Origin: Candidatus Humimonas hydrogenitrophica
GTDB lineage: Bacteria > Gemmatimonadota > Gemmatimonadetes > Palauibacterales > Palauibacteraceae
Direction: 5' to 3'
Assembly (NCBI GenBank): GCA_947581615.1
Contig: CANPVD010000053.1
Coordinates: forward strand, 89,737-153,736
Length of the DNA: 64,000 bases
Shown here: piece after piece, positions 1 through 8,883 of the stretch
Layout: every line of letters begins with the position of its first letter
Numbering within the stretch: position 1 is the stretch's first letter
Notes under the pieces: model-generated
The model's database searches: none
The model's input: the letters and a program-made list of their open reading frames with translations, nothing else
What the model was told of the DNA's origin: nothing
Position numbers and translations under genes: made by a program

Positions 1-437
1 ACACGGCGGGGGGAAACCTGGCGGGCTTCAAGGACACGGGCTGGCGCGCCTTCGGCGGCGCCAACTGGGCCTCCGACGACTGGTTCGCCAACGGCCGGTA
101 CCAGGCGGACATCGGGCCCGGCGCGGCGGACATGGGCGGAGACCTGTCCGCCGGGCGTCGCTTCGGCGGGAAGAGCTGGCTCGCCCTTCGAGCCACCTCC
201 ACCCGCAGCTTCGGGGAGTATCGGCTCGGTGACCAGCGGCTCACCGGCGCGGGGCTCATCGGGTCCGCTCCGGTCGGCGACCTCCTGTTCACGGGGAGCG
301 CGGGCTTCTACCGGCTGTCCTACACGGACCGGCCGGCGATCAAGGACTGGACGCAGTTCCGGATGTTCGTGGGAGTGGGATACCACTTCGGCAGCGAGCC
401 GACGGTCGCGTCGGTCCTCAAGGGGTACGGCCAATGA
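1..437 (+). CDS. 3' end of a possible outer-membrane beta-barrel protein; the reading frame runs off the window start
   Basis: The frame is open from position 3 to the stop at 437. The C-terminal region shows alternating hydrophobic and aromatic residues (FYRLSYTD, FRMFVGVGYHF) typical of beta-strands. The stop overlaps the start of the next cytochrome gene by ATGA. Confidence 0.35.
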   Translation, partial: TAGGNLAGFKDTGWRAFGGANWASDDWFANGRYQADIGPGAADMGGDLSAGRRFGGKSWLALRATSTRSFGEYRLGDQRLTGAGLIGSAPVGDLLFTGSAGFYRLSYTDRPAIKDWTQFRMFVGVGYHFGSEPTVASVLKGYGQ

Positions 438-2155
438 GCCTGCGCTGGCCAACACGAATCGTCCTGGCGCTCGCCTTCCTGACCCTGGCCGGCGGGCCCT
501 GGGCCGGGTCGCCCCTGACCGGCCAGGACACGACGGTCGTCCAACGCCCCTTCCCGCACGCCCGGCACGTCGGACTCTTCCCGACCTGCGACGGCTGTCA
601 CGCGGGGATCCTGAGCGGGGACTCGGCGAAGTGGCTCTCCGTGGGGCCCGAGTTCTGCCAGGTGTGCCACGATGGCGAGACGGTGAAGAAGATCGAGTGG
701 ACGACGCCCGAGCACCCTCGGACGAACCTGCACTTCACGCACGCCAAGCACGCGGCCGGATTCGAGCAGCTCGGGGCGCCGCCCGCGAAGTGCCAGACCT
801 GTCACCAGGCCGAAGGCGGCACGAAGCCCATGCAGGTGGTGATGGCCAGGCCGGCGCTGTGCGGGGCGTGCCACTCACCCGACCACCTGTCGCTCCAGAA
901 CGACTGCGCCACGTGCCACGATCCGCTCACCCGGGCGTCGAACCTGAGGACGTCCGACATCGCGGGCTTCCCCAAGCCCCCCTGGCACGATTCGGCCGAC
1001 TTCCTCTTCCAGCACGGAGCGGAGGCCTCCGCCTCGGGCGCGGTGTGCTCCGTGTGCCACGCCCGCCAGAGCTGCACCCGCTGCCACCTGAACGCGTCCC
1101 AGGTGGAGCCGATCCAGGCCCTCGGGCCGGATCCGCGCGTCGCACAGCTGGTCCGCGGGCGAGCGGGCCAGTGGCCCGAGCCGCCCAGCCATCGCGACCG
1201 GGACTGGGTCCTGTCCCACGGAGCGACGGCCCGGACCTCGCTGTCCACGTGCGCCGACTGCCACGCGGCCTCGAGCTGTGCGACCTGCCACCGCGGACCG
1301 CGGGCCGGGTTCCTTTCGCAGATGCCGGGGGCCGTCGAGGGAGGACCGTCCGGGGTGCGCATCCACGCGTCGCCGCCGGGGCACGGGCCGGGCTTCGCCA
1401 CCCAGCACGGGGCGACCGCGGCCTCGGGTGCCATCGACTGCTCCGCGTGTCACACGAAGGTCCAGTGCACGGCCTGCCATCGCGGGGGCGTGCCCTCCTC
1501 GCCGGCCGTCCACGCCCCCGGCACGGGCGGATCGGGAGGAGGGAACGAGCCAATGAGCCTCGGGAGGCCGAGCGCGCGGCCCGGGGAGCCGACGACGCCG
1601 AGGGACGAGCGTCTCCCGCTGCGGAGGCCCGAGCCGCGCCCGGTGGTGTGGTTCGCCTCGCTGCGGACGACCGTTCGGACCGGGCCACGAACCGTGCCGG
1701 ACACCACGCCCCCGACGTCCACGACCTCTCGAGGAAACGGAGGACAGGCGGGCCCGCGGACCGGCGGCTTCCACCCACCCGATTACGTGCTCCGACACGG
1801 CGCCGACGCCTTCTCGCGTCGAGTCCAGTGCTCGGAGTGCCATTCGGCCCAGGCCTTCTGCCTGACCTGCCACGAGAAGATGGGCATCGGGCGGGGAGGC
1901 ACGGCCGGCAGCCCCGCCTTCCACGATGCCGAGCCCAACTGGCTGATCGTGCACGGGCGGGCCGCCCGACAGAACCTGGAGACCTGCACCTCCTGTCACC
2001 AGCAGAGCTCCTGCCTGCGCTGTCACAGCGCGAAGTTCGGATTCCGCATCGACCCGCACGGTCCGGGCTTCGATCCCAACCGCATCGCCGACCGCAGCAC
2101 GATCTCCTGCGGAATCTGCCACTTCTCCATCCCCAAGGGCGGAGGCGGGGGCTGA
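434..2155 (+). CDS. 16-haem c-type cytochrome of the doubled-CxxCH type, with an N-terminal signal peptide or anchor
   Basis: There are 16 CxxCH motifs, several arranged as closely paired units (CSVCHARQSCTRCH, CADCHAASSCATCH, CSACHTKVQCTACH, CSECHSAQAFCLTCH, CTSCHQQSSCLRCH). The N-terminus is hydrophobic (IVLALAFLTLAGG). The middle of the protein contains a low-complexity Pro/Thr/Arg-rich linker. Confidence 0.85.
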   Translation: MSLRWPTRIVLALAFLTLAGGPWAGSPLTGQDTTVVQRPFPHARHVGLFPTCDGCHAGILSGDSAKWLSVGPEFCQVCHDGETVKKIEWTTPEHPRTNLHFTHAKHAAGFEQLGAPPAKCQTCHQAEGGTKPMQVVMARPALCGACHSPDHLSLQNDCATCHDPLTRASNLRTSDIAGFPKPPWHDSADFLFQHGAEASASGAVCSVCHARQSCTRCHLNASQVEPIQALGPDPRVAQLVRGRAGQWPEPPSHRDRDWVLSHGATARTSLSTCADCHAASSCATCHRGPRAGFLSQMPGAVEGGPSGVRIHASPPGHGPGFATQHGATAASGAIDCSACHTKVQCTACHRGGVPSSPAVHAPGTGGSGGGNEPMSLGRPSARPGEPTTPRDERLPLRRPEPRPVVWFASLRTTVRTGPRTVPDTTPPTSTTSRGNGGQAGPRTGGFHPPDYVLRHGADAFSRRVQCSECHSAQAFCLTCHEKMGIGRGGTAGSPAFHDAEPNWLIVHGRAARQNLETCTSCHQQSSCLRCHSAKFGFRIDPHGPGFDPNRIADRSTISCGICHFSIPKGGGGG

Positions 2156-2446
2156 CCGAGTTGGCATGAGGGTCCGCGCCCTACCATCACGACCGGAGCA
2201 TGCCGGCGAAGCCCCAGGGGAGTGTCGCGCGGAATGCGGCCCCCGCGACGGCCGGGTATACTGGTTGGGGCGTGCGGGGCCTTGGGTCGTCGAGATCGAA
2301 GAACGGGTCGATGGACGAATGAGGAGGCCTGGTGGTGGACGGACGGTGGGATGGGGGGACGGGTTCGGGAGGAGTGAGCCGTCCGCCACGGAGCCACACG
2401 TGAGCAGCGGTCCGTTCGCGACGTCGCCCCGGCAGGGGCGGCGGCC

Positions 2447-2917
2447 ATGGTAGAGCCTACGGCCTCGCCGCTGGCCACGGACCCGCTGGCGTGGCGACCG
2501 GCCTTCGGGGAGTACGTCCTCGCCGGCAGTGTCGCCTTGCTGCTCCTGGGCGCCCTGTCGGCGGTCGTGCTGTACCTGATCCCTTCTGGACCGCTGCAGC
2601 TAGAGGAGCTCCAGCCGGCCTACCAGGTCGCGCCGGAGGCCAACTTCCCGGTCAACAGCAGTCGAATCGTCAACTGGGGAGACCAGGTCATCCTCGTCGT
2701 CCGCACCGGGGACCAGTCGTATTCCGCGCTGCAGGGCACGGCACCGACGGACGGCTGCATCCTGAACTGGAACGAGACGTCGCTCCGCATCGTCTCACCC
2801 TGCACCCACCTGGTCTACGACCTGCGTGGCAACGTGGTCCGGGGCCTCTCGACCATCCCCCTCCAGCACTACCCGGTGTTCATCCGCGATGGCGTCGTCT
2901 ACGTGGCGAGGCCGTAG
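2447..2917 (+). CDS. Small membrane-anchored, Rieske-like protein in the iron-sulfur-subunit position upstream of cytochrome b, with an incomplete [2Fe-2S] ligand set
   Basis: It has an N-terminal transmembrane helix (VALLLLGALSAVVLYLI). The C-terminal beta-rich domain contains DGCILNW and SPCTHLVYD, which resemble Rieske box I (CTHLGC), but there is no CPCHGS box II. The gene lies directly upstream of cytochrome b with a 1-nt gap. Confidence 0.5.
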   Translation: MVEPTASPLATDPLAWRPAFGEYVLAGSVALLLLGALSAVVLYLIPSGPLQLEELQPAYQVAPEANFPVNSSRIVNWGDQVILVVRTGDQSYSALQGTAPTDGCILNWNETSLRIVSPCTHLVYDLRGNVVRGLSTIPLQHYPVFIRDGVVYVARP

Positions 2918-2918
2918 A

Positions 2919-4202
2919 ATGATGTCCCGAGACCCGAAGGCCGCCAGGGAATGGTTCGTCCGCTTGTGGGCGGACCTGAAGGCCAGCACGGACGCGAGCC
3001 TGCTGGTGATCCTCCGCTTCGTGGGCCTCCTGTACGGGCCGCTCGACACCCGACTTCCGATCGGCAAGGCCTTTCGTAAGGCTCTGCGGCACCGGCTCTC
3101 GCCCGAAGCGGGGTGGCGTCAAGCGTTCGGCGGAATCGCGTATCTGCTGTTCATCATCCTTGTGGTCACGGGCGTGCTCCTGTCCTTCTACTACCGTCCT
3201 TCCACGCAGGAGGCCTACCAGAGCATCCAGCACATCGTGTCCGGTGTCTCCTTCGGCTGGCTCATGCGCGACCTGCACGTGTGGGCGGCGAACCTCGTGG
3301 TCCTGGGAGCGCTGCTCCACATGGCCCGCGTGTTCTTCGGCGCGGCCTACAAGCCTCCGCGTGAGACCAACTGGATCGTGGGCGTGCTCCTGCTGTTCAG
3401 CGTGTTCGCGTTCGGCGCGACGGGCTACCTCCTGCCATGGGACCAGTGGTCGTACTGGACCGTGACCGAGGGACTGGACATCCTCGCCCGCACGCCCCTC
3501 GTGGGCGGCTGGCTGGTCAGGATCCTGCGGGCCGATCCGATCGTGTCCGGCGCCACCTTGAGCCGGTTCTTCGCCATCCACGTGATCGTGCTCCCGTGGC
3601 TCGTGCTCGGCCTCCTGGCCCTGCACTTCGCCCTGGTACGGAAGCACGGCGTCGCGCCACGCGTGAGCGCGAACCGTACGGGCAGGACGGGCGTTCCGTT
3701 CTTCCCGTACCACTTCCTGCGGATGGTGATCACCGGAACGCTCGTCGTGGCCGTGGCCCTGACGGCCGCCCTCCTGTTCCCGCGTCCGGTCGCCGCTCCG
3801 GCCAACCCCGCGCAGCCCCCGGGAATGCTCTTCTCGACCTGGATCCTGGCCGACGTCTCTCGAGCCCTGATCTACTACCTGGGCGGCTGGGGCTTCGGCG
3901 CGTTCCTGCTGCTCGGAGCCGGAATGGTGCTCCTGCCCATCTTCGATCGCTCTCCAGAGCGTCGGCTCCGCCGCCGACCGATCGTGGCCGCCCTGGGCGT
4001 CCTGTTCTTCCTGACCTTCGCGACCGCCTGGGGGGCCGGGTGGCGACTCCGCTCCATTCCGACCACGACGTCGGGTGAGCTGACGCCGTTCCAGAAGCAG
4101 CCCACCGGAGCTACGCCGGGCGCTCCCCTGCCGAGTATCGCGCCTGCCAGCCGGCCGGCGACGTCCGGGTCGGACACGACGAATTCCGGGGGTGCGCCGT
4201 GA
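2919..4202 (+). CDS. Cytochrome b of a bc/b6f-type quinol oxidoreductase (b6-type His spacing)
   Basis: The helix B motif is HVWAANLVVLGALLH (His-His spacing of 14) and the helix D motif is HVIVLPWLVLGLLALH (spacing of 15, as in b6). The Qo-like motif PWDQWSYW is present. There are multiple transmembrane helices and a low-complexity C-terminal tail. Confidence 0.9.
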   Translation: MMSRDPKAAREWFVRLWADLKASTDASLLVILRFVGLLYGPLDTRLPIGKAFRKALRHRLSPEAGWRQAFGGIAYLLFIILVVTGVLLSFYYRPSTQEAYQSIQHIVSGVSFGWLMRDLHVWAANLVVLGALLHMARVFFGAAYKPPRETNWIVGVLLLFSVFAFGATGYLLPWDQWSYWTVTEGLDILARTPLVGGWLVRILRADPIVSGATLSRFFAIHVIVLPWLVLGLLALHFALVRKHGVAPRVSANRTGRTGVPFFPYHFLRMVITGTLVVAVALTAALLFPRPVAAPANPAQPPGMLFSTWILADVSRALIYYLGGWGFGAFLLLGAGMVLLPIFDRSPERRLRRRPIVAALGVLFFLTFATAWGAGWRLRSIPTTTSGELTPFQKQPTGATPGAPLPSIAPASRPATSGSDTTNSGGAP

Positions 4203-5494
4203 GGGCCGCCGTGCTGACCGCGCTGCTCACTGCCACCTTCGTCGCTGCACCAGCGGCGGGAAGGCCGGCTGCGGCTCGCCCTGCCGGACGTACCGCTCCG
4301 ACGCTTCCGGCGCAGGTCCCCGGAGCCACGGCCGACACCGCCAACGGCTGCCTGGCATGCCACGCGGCACAGCGGCGAGCGGCGACCGAAGGGATCCACG
4401 CGGAGCACGGCGTCACCTGCGTGAGCTGCCACGGCGGTGACCCGGCCGCCGTCACGCTGCCCCGGGGACACAGCGGGCACTTCGTCGGCACGCCGGACAA
4501 GGCGGCCACGGCGGAGCTGTGCGGCTCGTGCCACTCGGATCCCGACCGGATGCGGGAATACGGCCTGCCCACAGGACAGCTGGCCCAGTTCCGCTCCAGC
4601 AAGCACGGGCAACTGCTCTTCGGCCAGCACAACAACGACGTGCCGACATGCACGGACTGCCACGGCACGCACATCATCTACCCGCCCTACGATGCCCGTA
4701 GCCGCGTCTATCCGACGAACATCCCGGGGACCTGCGCGAGCTGCCACTCGGACCCGAAGCTCATGGCGAAGTACCACATTCGCACGGACCAGTTCGCGCA
4801 GTTCCGTAACAGCGCGCATGGCGTAGCCCTGTTCCAGGACCAGAACTTCGCGGCGCCCACCTGCGTCGGTTGTCACGGCGCGCACTCCGAGCTGCCGCCC
4901 ACGGTGACCGAGATCGCCAGCGTATGCGGTCGGTGTCACGTGCTCGTCGAGCAGGAGTTCGCGAAGGGACCGCATGGGGCCGCCGCCCGCGCCGGGAAGC
5001 TGCCGGGCTGCCTGGCGTGCCACAGCAACCACGGCACCGAACGCGTCCCGGCGGACAGCATCAGCGCCACGTGCGACCGGTGCCACGGATCCGACTCCCA
5101 GGTTCACCAGTTCGCGGTCGACATCCAGCACCGCGTCGTGCAGGCCACGGCGGACATCCAGTCGGCCGAGCGGGCCATCGACCAGATGGCCGCGGCCGGC
5201 GAGCGCGTCGGCTACTATCGATTCCGGTACAAGTCGGGCCTGACGTACTTCCGCGAGATCGCCCAGAAGCAGCACCGCCTCAACCTGGACACACTCGACG
5301 ACCTCGCTCGTCGGGTGCGGTCGGTGTCGATCGACCTGGACTCACGGGCGAAGGGCACCCAGGAAAGTCGTTGGGAGCACAAGCTCCTGCTCCTCCCGGT
5401 GTGGTTCCTGTCGCTGTCCGCGGTCGTGCTCGCTCTGCTGGCGCTGCGCGGTCTCCGGAAGAGGGACCGGGACTCGGACTCTTCCGAGACGTAG
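4199..5494 (+). CDS. 9-haem c-type cytochrome with a C-terminal transmembrane anchor
   Basis: There are 9 CxxCH motifs, many in the form CxxCHSDP...Y...F..S.HG. A C-terminal hydrophobic helix (LLLLPVWFLSLSAVVLALLAL) is present. The GTG start overlaps the cytochrome b stop as GTGA. Confidence 0.85.
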   Translation: MRAAVLTALLTATFVAAPAAGRPAAARPAGRTAPTLPAQVPGATADTANGCLACHAAQRRAATEGIHAEHGVTCVSCHGGDPAAVTLPRGHSGHFVGTPDKAATAELCGSCHSDPDRMREYGLPTGQLAQFRSSKHGQLLFGQHNNDVPTCTDCHGTHIIYPPYDARSRVYPTNIPGTCASCHSDPKLMAKYHIRTDQFAQFRNSAHGVALFQDQNFAAPTCVGCHGAHSELPPTVTEIASVCGRCHVLVEQEFAKGPHGAAARAGKLPGCLACHSNHGTERVPADSISATCDRCHGSDSQVHQFAVDIQHRVVQATADIQSAERAIDQMAAAGERVGYYRFRYKSGLTYFREIAQKQHRLNLDTLDDLARRVRSVSIDLDSRAKGTQESRWEHKLLLLPVWFLSLSAVVLALLALRGLRKRDRDSDSSET

Positions 5495-5497
5495 GCT

Positions 5498-7522
5498 ATG
5501 TGGCCGACCATACGCCGGCGGATCGCTCAATGGGGCATCGTCCTGCTCCCGATCGTCATCCTGGCGGTCATTCTGATCAGCGTAGGCACGGTCGGCTTCG
5601 TGGAGGTCTCCAGCCAGCCATGGTTCTGCAAGAGCTGCCACATCATGAAGCCGTACTACCAGTCGTGGTCCACCTCATCACACCGCGACGTGCCCTGCAT
5701 CAAGTGCCACATCCCGCCCGGGGTGAAGTCCGAGGTGAGCCAGAAGATCCAGGCCGCCAACATGGTGGTGAAGTACTTCACCGGCGCCTACGATACGCGG
5801 CCGTGGGCGGAGATCAGCGACGCTTCCTGTCTGCGATCGGGCTGCCACGCCAGCCGTCTCATCGAGGGTGCGGTGGACTTCCACGGAGTCCGGTTCGATC
5901 ACGCCCGGCATCTGGGGGAGATTCGGCGTGGCATGCAGCTCCACTGCACGAGCTGCCACTCGCAGATCGTGCAGGGAACACACATCGCCGTGACGGAGGG
6001 CACCTGCTTCCTGTGTCACTTCAAGGACCGGCCGGCTGACCAGCCCCTGGGCGGCTGCACCGGGTGCCACCCATCGCCGCCGAGGGTCACCTCTCCCGAG
6101 GGATTCGTGATCGATCACCCCCAGTTCGTACGGGACCGGATCGACTGCCTGTCCTGCCACAACAAGGTCACGCACGGAACGGGTAACGTCGACGAAGCGC
6201 GCTGCGTGAGCTGCCACAACGAGCCCGAGCGTCTGGCCAAGATCAACGAGACCACGCTCCTGCACACGGTTCACGTCACGCAGCACAACATCGCGTGCAT
6301 CCAGTGCCACACCCCCATCGAGCACCGCATCGTTTCTCTCACCACGACCGTGGAGCTGGACTGCCGGAGCTGCCACAAGTCCGTGCACGTGGATCAGCAG
6401 AAGATGTTCGCCGGCATCGGGGGACACGGGGTGGAGCGCACGCCGAGCTCCATGTACAAGGCACGCGTCTCGTGCGTGGCGTGTCACGACCAGGCCAGGA
6501 GCCTTCCGGGACACGACACGGTCAACGTGGCCAGCGAGTCCTCGTGCCTCTCCTGTCACGGCATCAAGTACGCCAACGTGCTGCCCGGCTGGCAGAAGGA
6601 GATGAAGCGGAAGGTGGGCCTCGTAGCCCCGGTGGTGAGCGCGGCCCGATCCGCCGCGGCGACGGTCCCCCTGGCGCGACGTAACGTGGCCGACAGTCTC
6701 CTCGGTCTCGCGCAGTCGAACGTCGAGTTCGTGCGCGAGGGCAAGGGCGCCCACAACGTGGTCTATGCGGATCAGCTCCTCCGCGCGGCCCTCAGGCTCG
6801 TGCGGCAGGCCGTGCAGGAGGGCCGCCTGCCGTACCGGATGCCGACCGTCGATCTCGGCCCGCAGGTGAGCGAGACCATGTGCCTGCAGTGCCACCTGGG
6901 CATCGAGCAGCAGAAGGGCACGTTCCAGGGCGCGTCGTTCGATCACACGGCCCACGTGTTGCGCGCGGGGCTGCAGTGTGGTGACTGCCACACGCCGTTC
7001 TCGAACCACGGCGGCATCACCCTCGCGTCGACCGCGAGCTGCAACGCCTGTCATCATCCGGTCGTGCAGCCCCGGAACTGCGCCACCTGCCATGAAGGTC
7101 CGGGTGGGGCGCCGTCCCAACCCATCACCCTGCCCCAGGGGACCTTCCCGCACGGGCCCCACATCGAGGCCAACCTCGCCTGTACGGCGTGCCACACGGC
7201 GCCGATGATGAGCGCGCGGGACCTCCAGTGTGACAACTGCCATGCGCAGCACCACCAGCCGACCGTCACCTGCCTGAACTGCCACCGGGGCGGAGTCCTG
7301 GCCCTGCACGATCGCCAGAACCACGTCCTGTGTGCGCAGTGTCATACCTCGGTCCCGGCGTTGACGCACTGGACGCGGCAGGTGTGCACGGTGTGCCACG
7401 CGGACAAGACCGACCACAACCCCGGACGGCCGTGCAACGTGTGCCACCGGGTGCCGGCCATGGGAACGACCCGCGCGGCCGTGCCGGCCGGCGGCGGCGA
7501 GGAATCGCCTCAATTCCACTAG
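5498..7522 (+). CDS. NapC/NirT/NrfH-family quinol dehydrogenase head fused to a large multihaem extension (about 21 CxxCH motifs plus one CX4CH)
   Basis: An N-terminal transmembrane helix is followed by CKSCH...PCIKCH, the NapC/NrfH signature. A further 19 CxxCH motifs and one CLRSGCH motif follow. The protein is 674 aa, and there is a 4-nt gap from the preceding gene. Confidence 0.85.
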   Translation: MWPTIRRRIAQWGIVLLPIVILAVILISVGTVGFVEVSSQPWFCKSCHIMKPYYQSWSTSSHRDVPCIKCHIPPGVKSEVSQKIQAANMVVKYFTGAYDTRPWAEISDASCLRSGCHASRLIEGAVDFHGVRFDHARHLGEIRRGMQLHCTSCHSQIVQGTHIAVTEGTCFLCHFKDRPADQPLGGCTGCHPSPPRVTSPEGFVIDHPQFVRDRIDCLSCHNKVTHGTGNVDEARCVSCHNEPERLAKINETTLLHTVHVTQHNIACIQCHTPIEHRIVSLTTTVELDCRSCHKSVHVDQQKMFAGIGGHGVERTPSSMYKARVSCVACHDQARSLPGHDTVNVASESSCLSCHGIKYANVLPGWQKEMKRKVGLVAPVVSAARSAAATVPLARRNVADSLLGLAQSNVEFVREGKGAHNVVYADQLLRAALRLVRQAVQEGRLPYRMPTVDLGPQVSETMCLQCHLGIEQQKGTFQGASFDHTAHVLRAGLQCGDCHTPFSNHGGITLASTASCNACHHPVVQPRNCATCHEGPGGAPSQPITLPQGTFPHGPHIEANLACTACHTAPMMSARDLQCDNCHAQHHQPTVTCLNCHRGGVLALHDRQNHVLCAQCHTSVPALTHWTRQVCTVCHADKTDHNPGRPCNVCHRVPAMGTTRAAVPAGGGEESPQFH

Positions 7523-7539
7523 CACGGAGGGAGGCTCAC

Positions 7540-8883
7540 ATGCGCTCCGTGGTTGGATGGATCTGGCTCCTGGGCGCTTTCGCGCCCGGGCTCGTCGGAG
7601 TCCGGACGGTGTCGGCGCAGGCGACCAGGCCGGCGTCCACGCAGGTCGTGGAGTGCACCAAGTGCCACGCCGATCACGACCTCCTCGCCGCCAACGCGAC
7701 CGGTCCGCGGCGGGACTCGGCCCTCTACGTGACCGGTGCGGTCCTGGACAGCTCCGTGCACCGATCGTTGCAGTGCACGGACTGCCACCGGGGCTTCGAG
7801 GCAGGCTTCCCCCATCAGGTCAGCCAGGTGGTGGTCCCCTGCTCCACCTGCCACGAGAAGGAGGGTCGGGACTGGGCGGCCTCCATTCACGCCCGGAACG
7901 CGGAAATGGTCGGGGATGCGCCCACCTGCGTCGGGTGCCACGGTAGCCACGGGATCCGTGCCGCCACCGACCCCCGGTCGCCGATCTACCCCCTCAACGT
8001 GGCCGGACTGTGTAGCCGCTGCCACGCGGACCCCCGTATCATCGGGCGCTACTTCACGGGGCCGGGCGACCAGGAGGCCCGCATCGCCGCGACCGCCTTC
8101 CCGAAGAGCGTCCACGGCATCGCGCTCACCCGCGACGGGCTCGTGGTTTCGGCCACCTGCTCGGACTGCCACCGGGCGCACCTCATCCTGCCGCCCGATT
8201 CGGCGCGGTCCTCGGTCAATCGGGCCAACATCCCGCGGACCTGCGGGAAGTGCCACGCCGGCGTGGTCAAGGTGTTCGAGGCCTCCGCCCACGGGCCCGA
8301 TTACCCGCCGCAGCCCGGGATCGCCGAGGGGCACCCGCGGCCGGTGTGCATCGACTGCCACTCCGCGCACGAGATCGTCCGCGCCGACCGGCCGGCCTGG
8401 CAGCGCAGCACGGTCCGGAAGTGCGGGAGCTGCCACGAGCACCTGTACGAAACCTACTTCGAGACCTACCACGGCCAGGTGACGCAGCTGGGATCCAACC
8501 TCGCCGCCAAGTGCAGCGACTGCCACACGGCGCACGACATGCGCTCCCCCACGGACCCCAGGTCCACGGTGTTCGCGGCCAACCTGGTCCACACCTGCAG
8601 CCAGTGCCACGAGGGCGCCAACACCAACTTCGTCAAGTACTACGCGCACGGTGACCCCACCCAGCGCACGCGGTACCCGCGCCTGTACTGGCCGTGGCTG
8701 CTCATGACCGGGCTGCTGGTGAGCGTCATGGCCTTCTTCGTGATCCACAGCGTGCTGTGGCTGATCCGGAACGGCATCGAGCACCGGCGGGGCGGACACG
8801 GCTCCGACGGACCCGGGGGCGGAGTGCCGGGCGGCGGCGCACCCGCGGCGGAATCCCCCACGAGCGGAGGGAGCGCGTCATGA
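7540..8883 (+). CDS. 11-haem c-type cytochrome with a C-terminal transmembrane anchor; paralog of the 9-haem protein
   Basis: There are 11 CxxCH motifs and the same CxxCH.DP...Y module seen in gene 4199-5494. A strong ribosome-binding site (GGAGGGAGG) lies upstream. A C-terminal transmembrane helix (WPWLLMTGLLVSVMAFFVI) is present. Confidence 0.85.
   Translation: MRSVVGWIWLLGAFAPGLVGVRTVSAQATRPASTQVVECTKCHADHDLLAANATGPRRDSALYVTGAVLDSSVHRSLQCTDCHRGFEAGFPHQVSQVVVPCSTCHEKEGRDWAASIHARNAEMVGDAPTCVGCHGSHGIRAATDPRSPIYPLNVAGLCSRCHADPRIIGRYFTGPGDQEARIAATAFPKSVHGIALTRDGLVVSATCSDCHRAHLILPPDSARSSVNRANIPRTCGKCHAGVVKVFEASAHGPDYPPQPGIAEGHPRPVCIDCHSAHEIVRADRPAWQRSTVRKCGSCHEHLYETYFETYHGQVTQLGSNLAAKCSDCHTAHDMRSPTDPRSTVFAANLVHTCSQCHEGANTNFVKYYAHGDPTQRTRYPRLYWPWLLMTGLLVSVMAFFVIHSVLWLIRNGIEHRRGGHGSDGPGGGVPGGGAPAAESPTSGGSAS

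Noticed and set aside
875-2389. A 504-aa minus-strand ORF, and many similar long ORFs (for example 3875-5275, 5678-7525, 14489-16450, 18858-20780, 27688-29712, 34111-36723, 46609-49674, 50681-53479).
   Set aside because: These are antisense or off-frame to well-supported genes. Their translations are low-complexity and rich in Arg, Gly, Pro and Ala, as expected for open frames in roughly 70% GC DNA. No motifs were found.
2166-2453. A 95-aa ORF in the intergenic gap upstream of the Rieske-like gene.
   Set aside because: It has no ribosome-binding site or motif and its composition is Arg/Gly-rich. It is more likely non-coding leader sequence.
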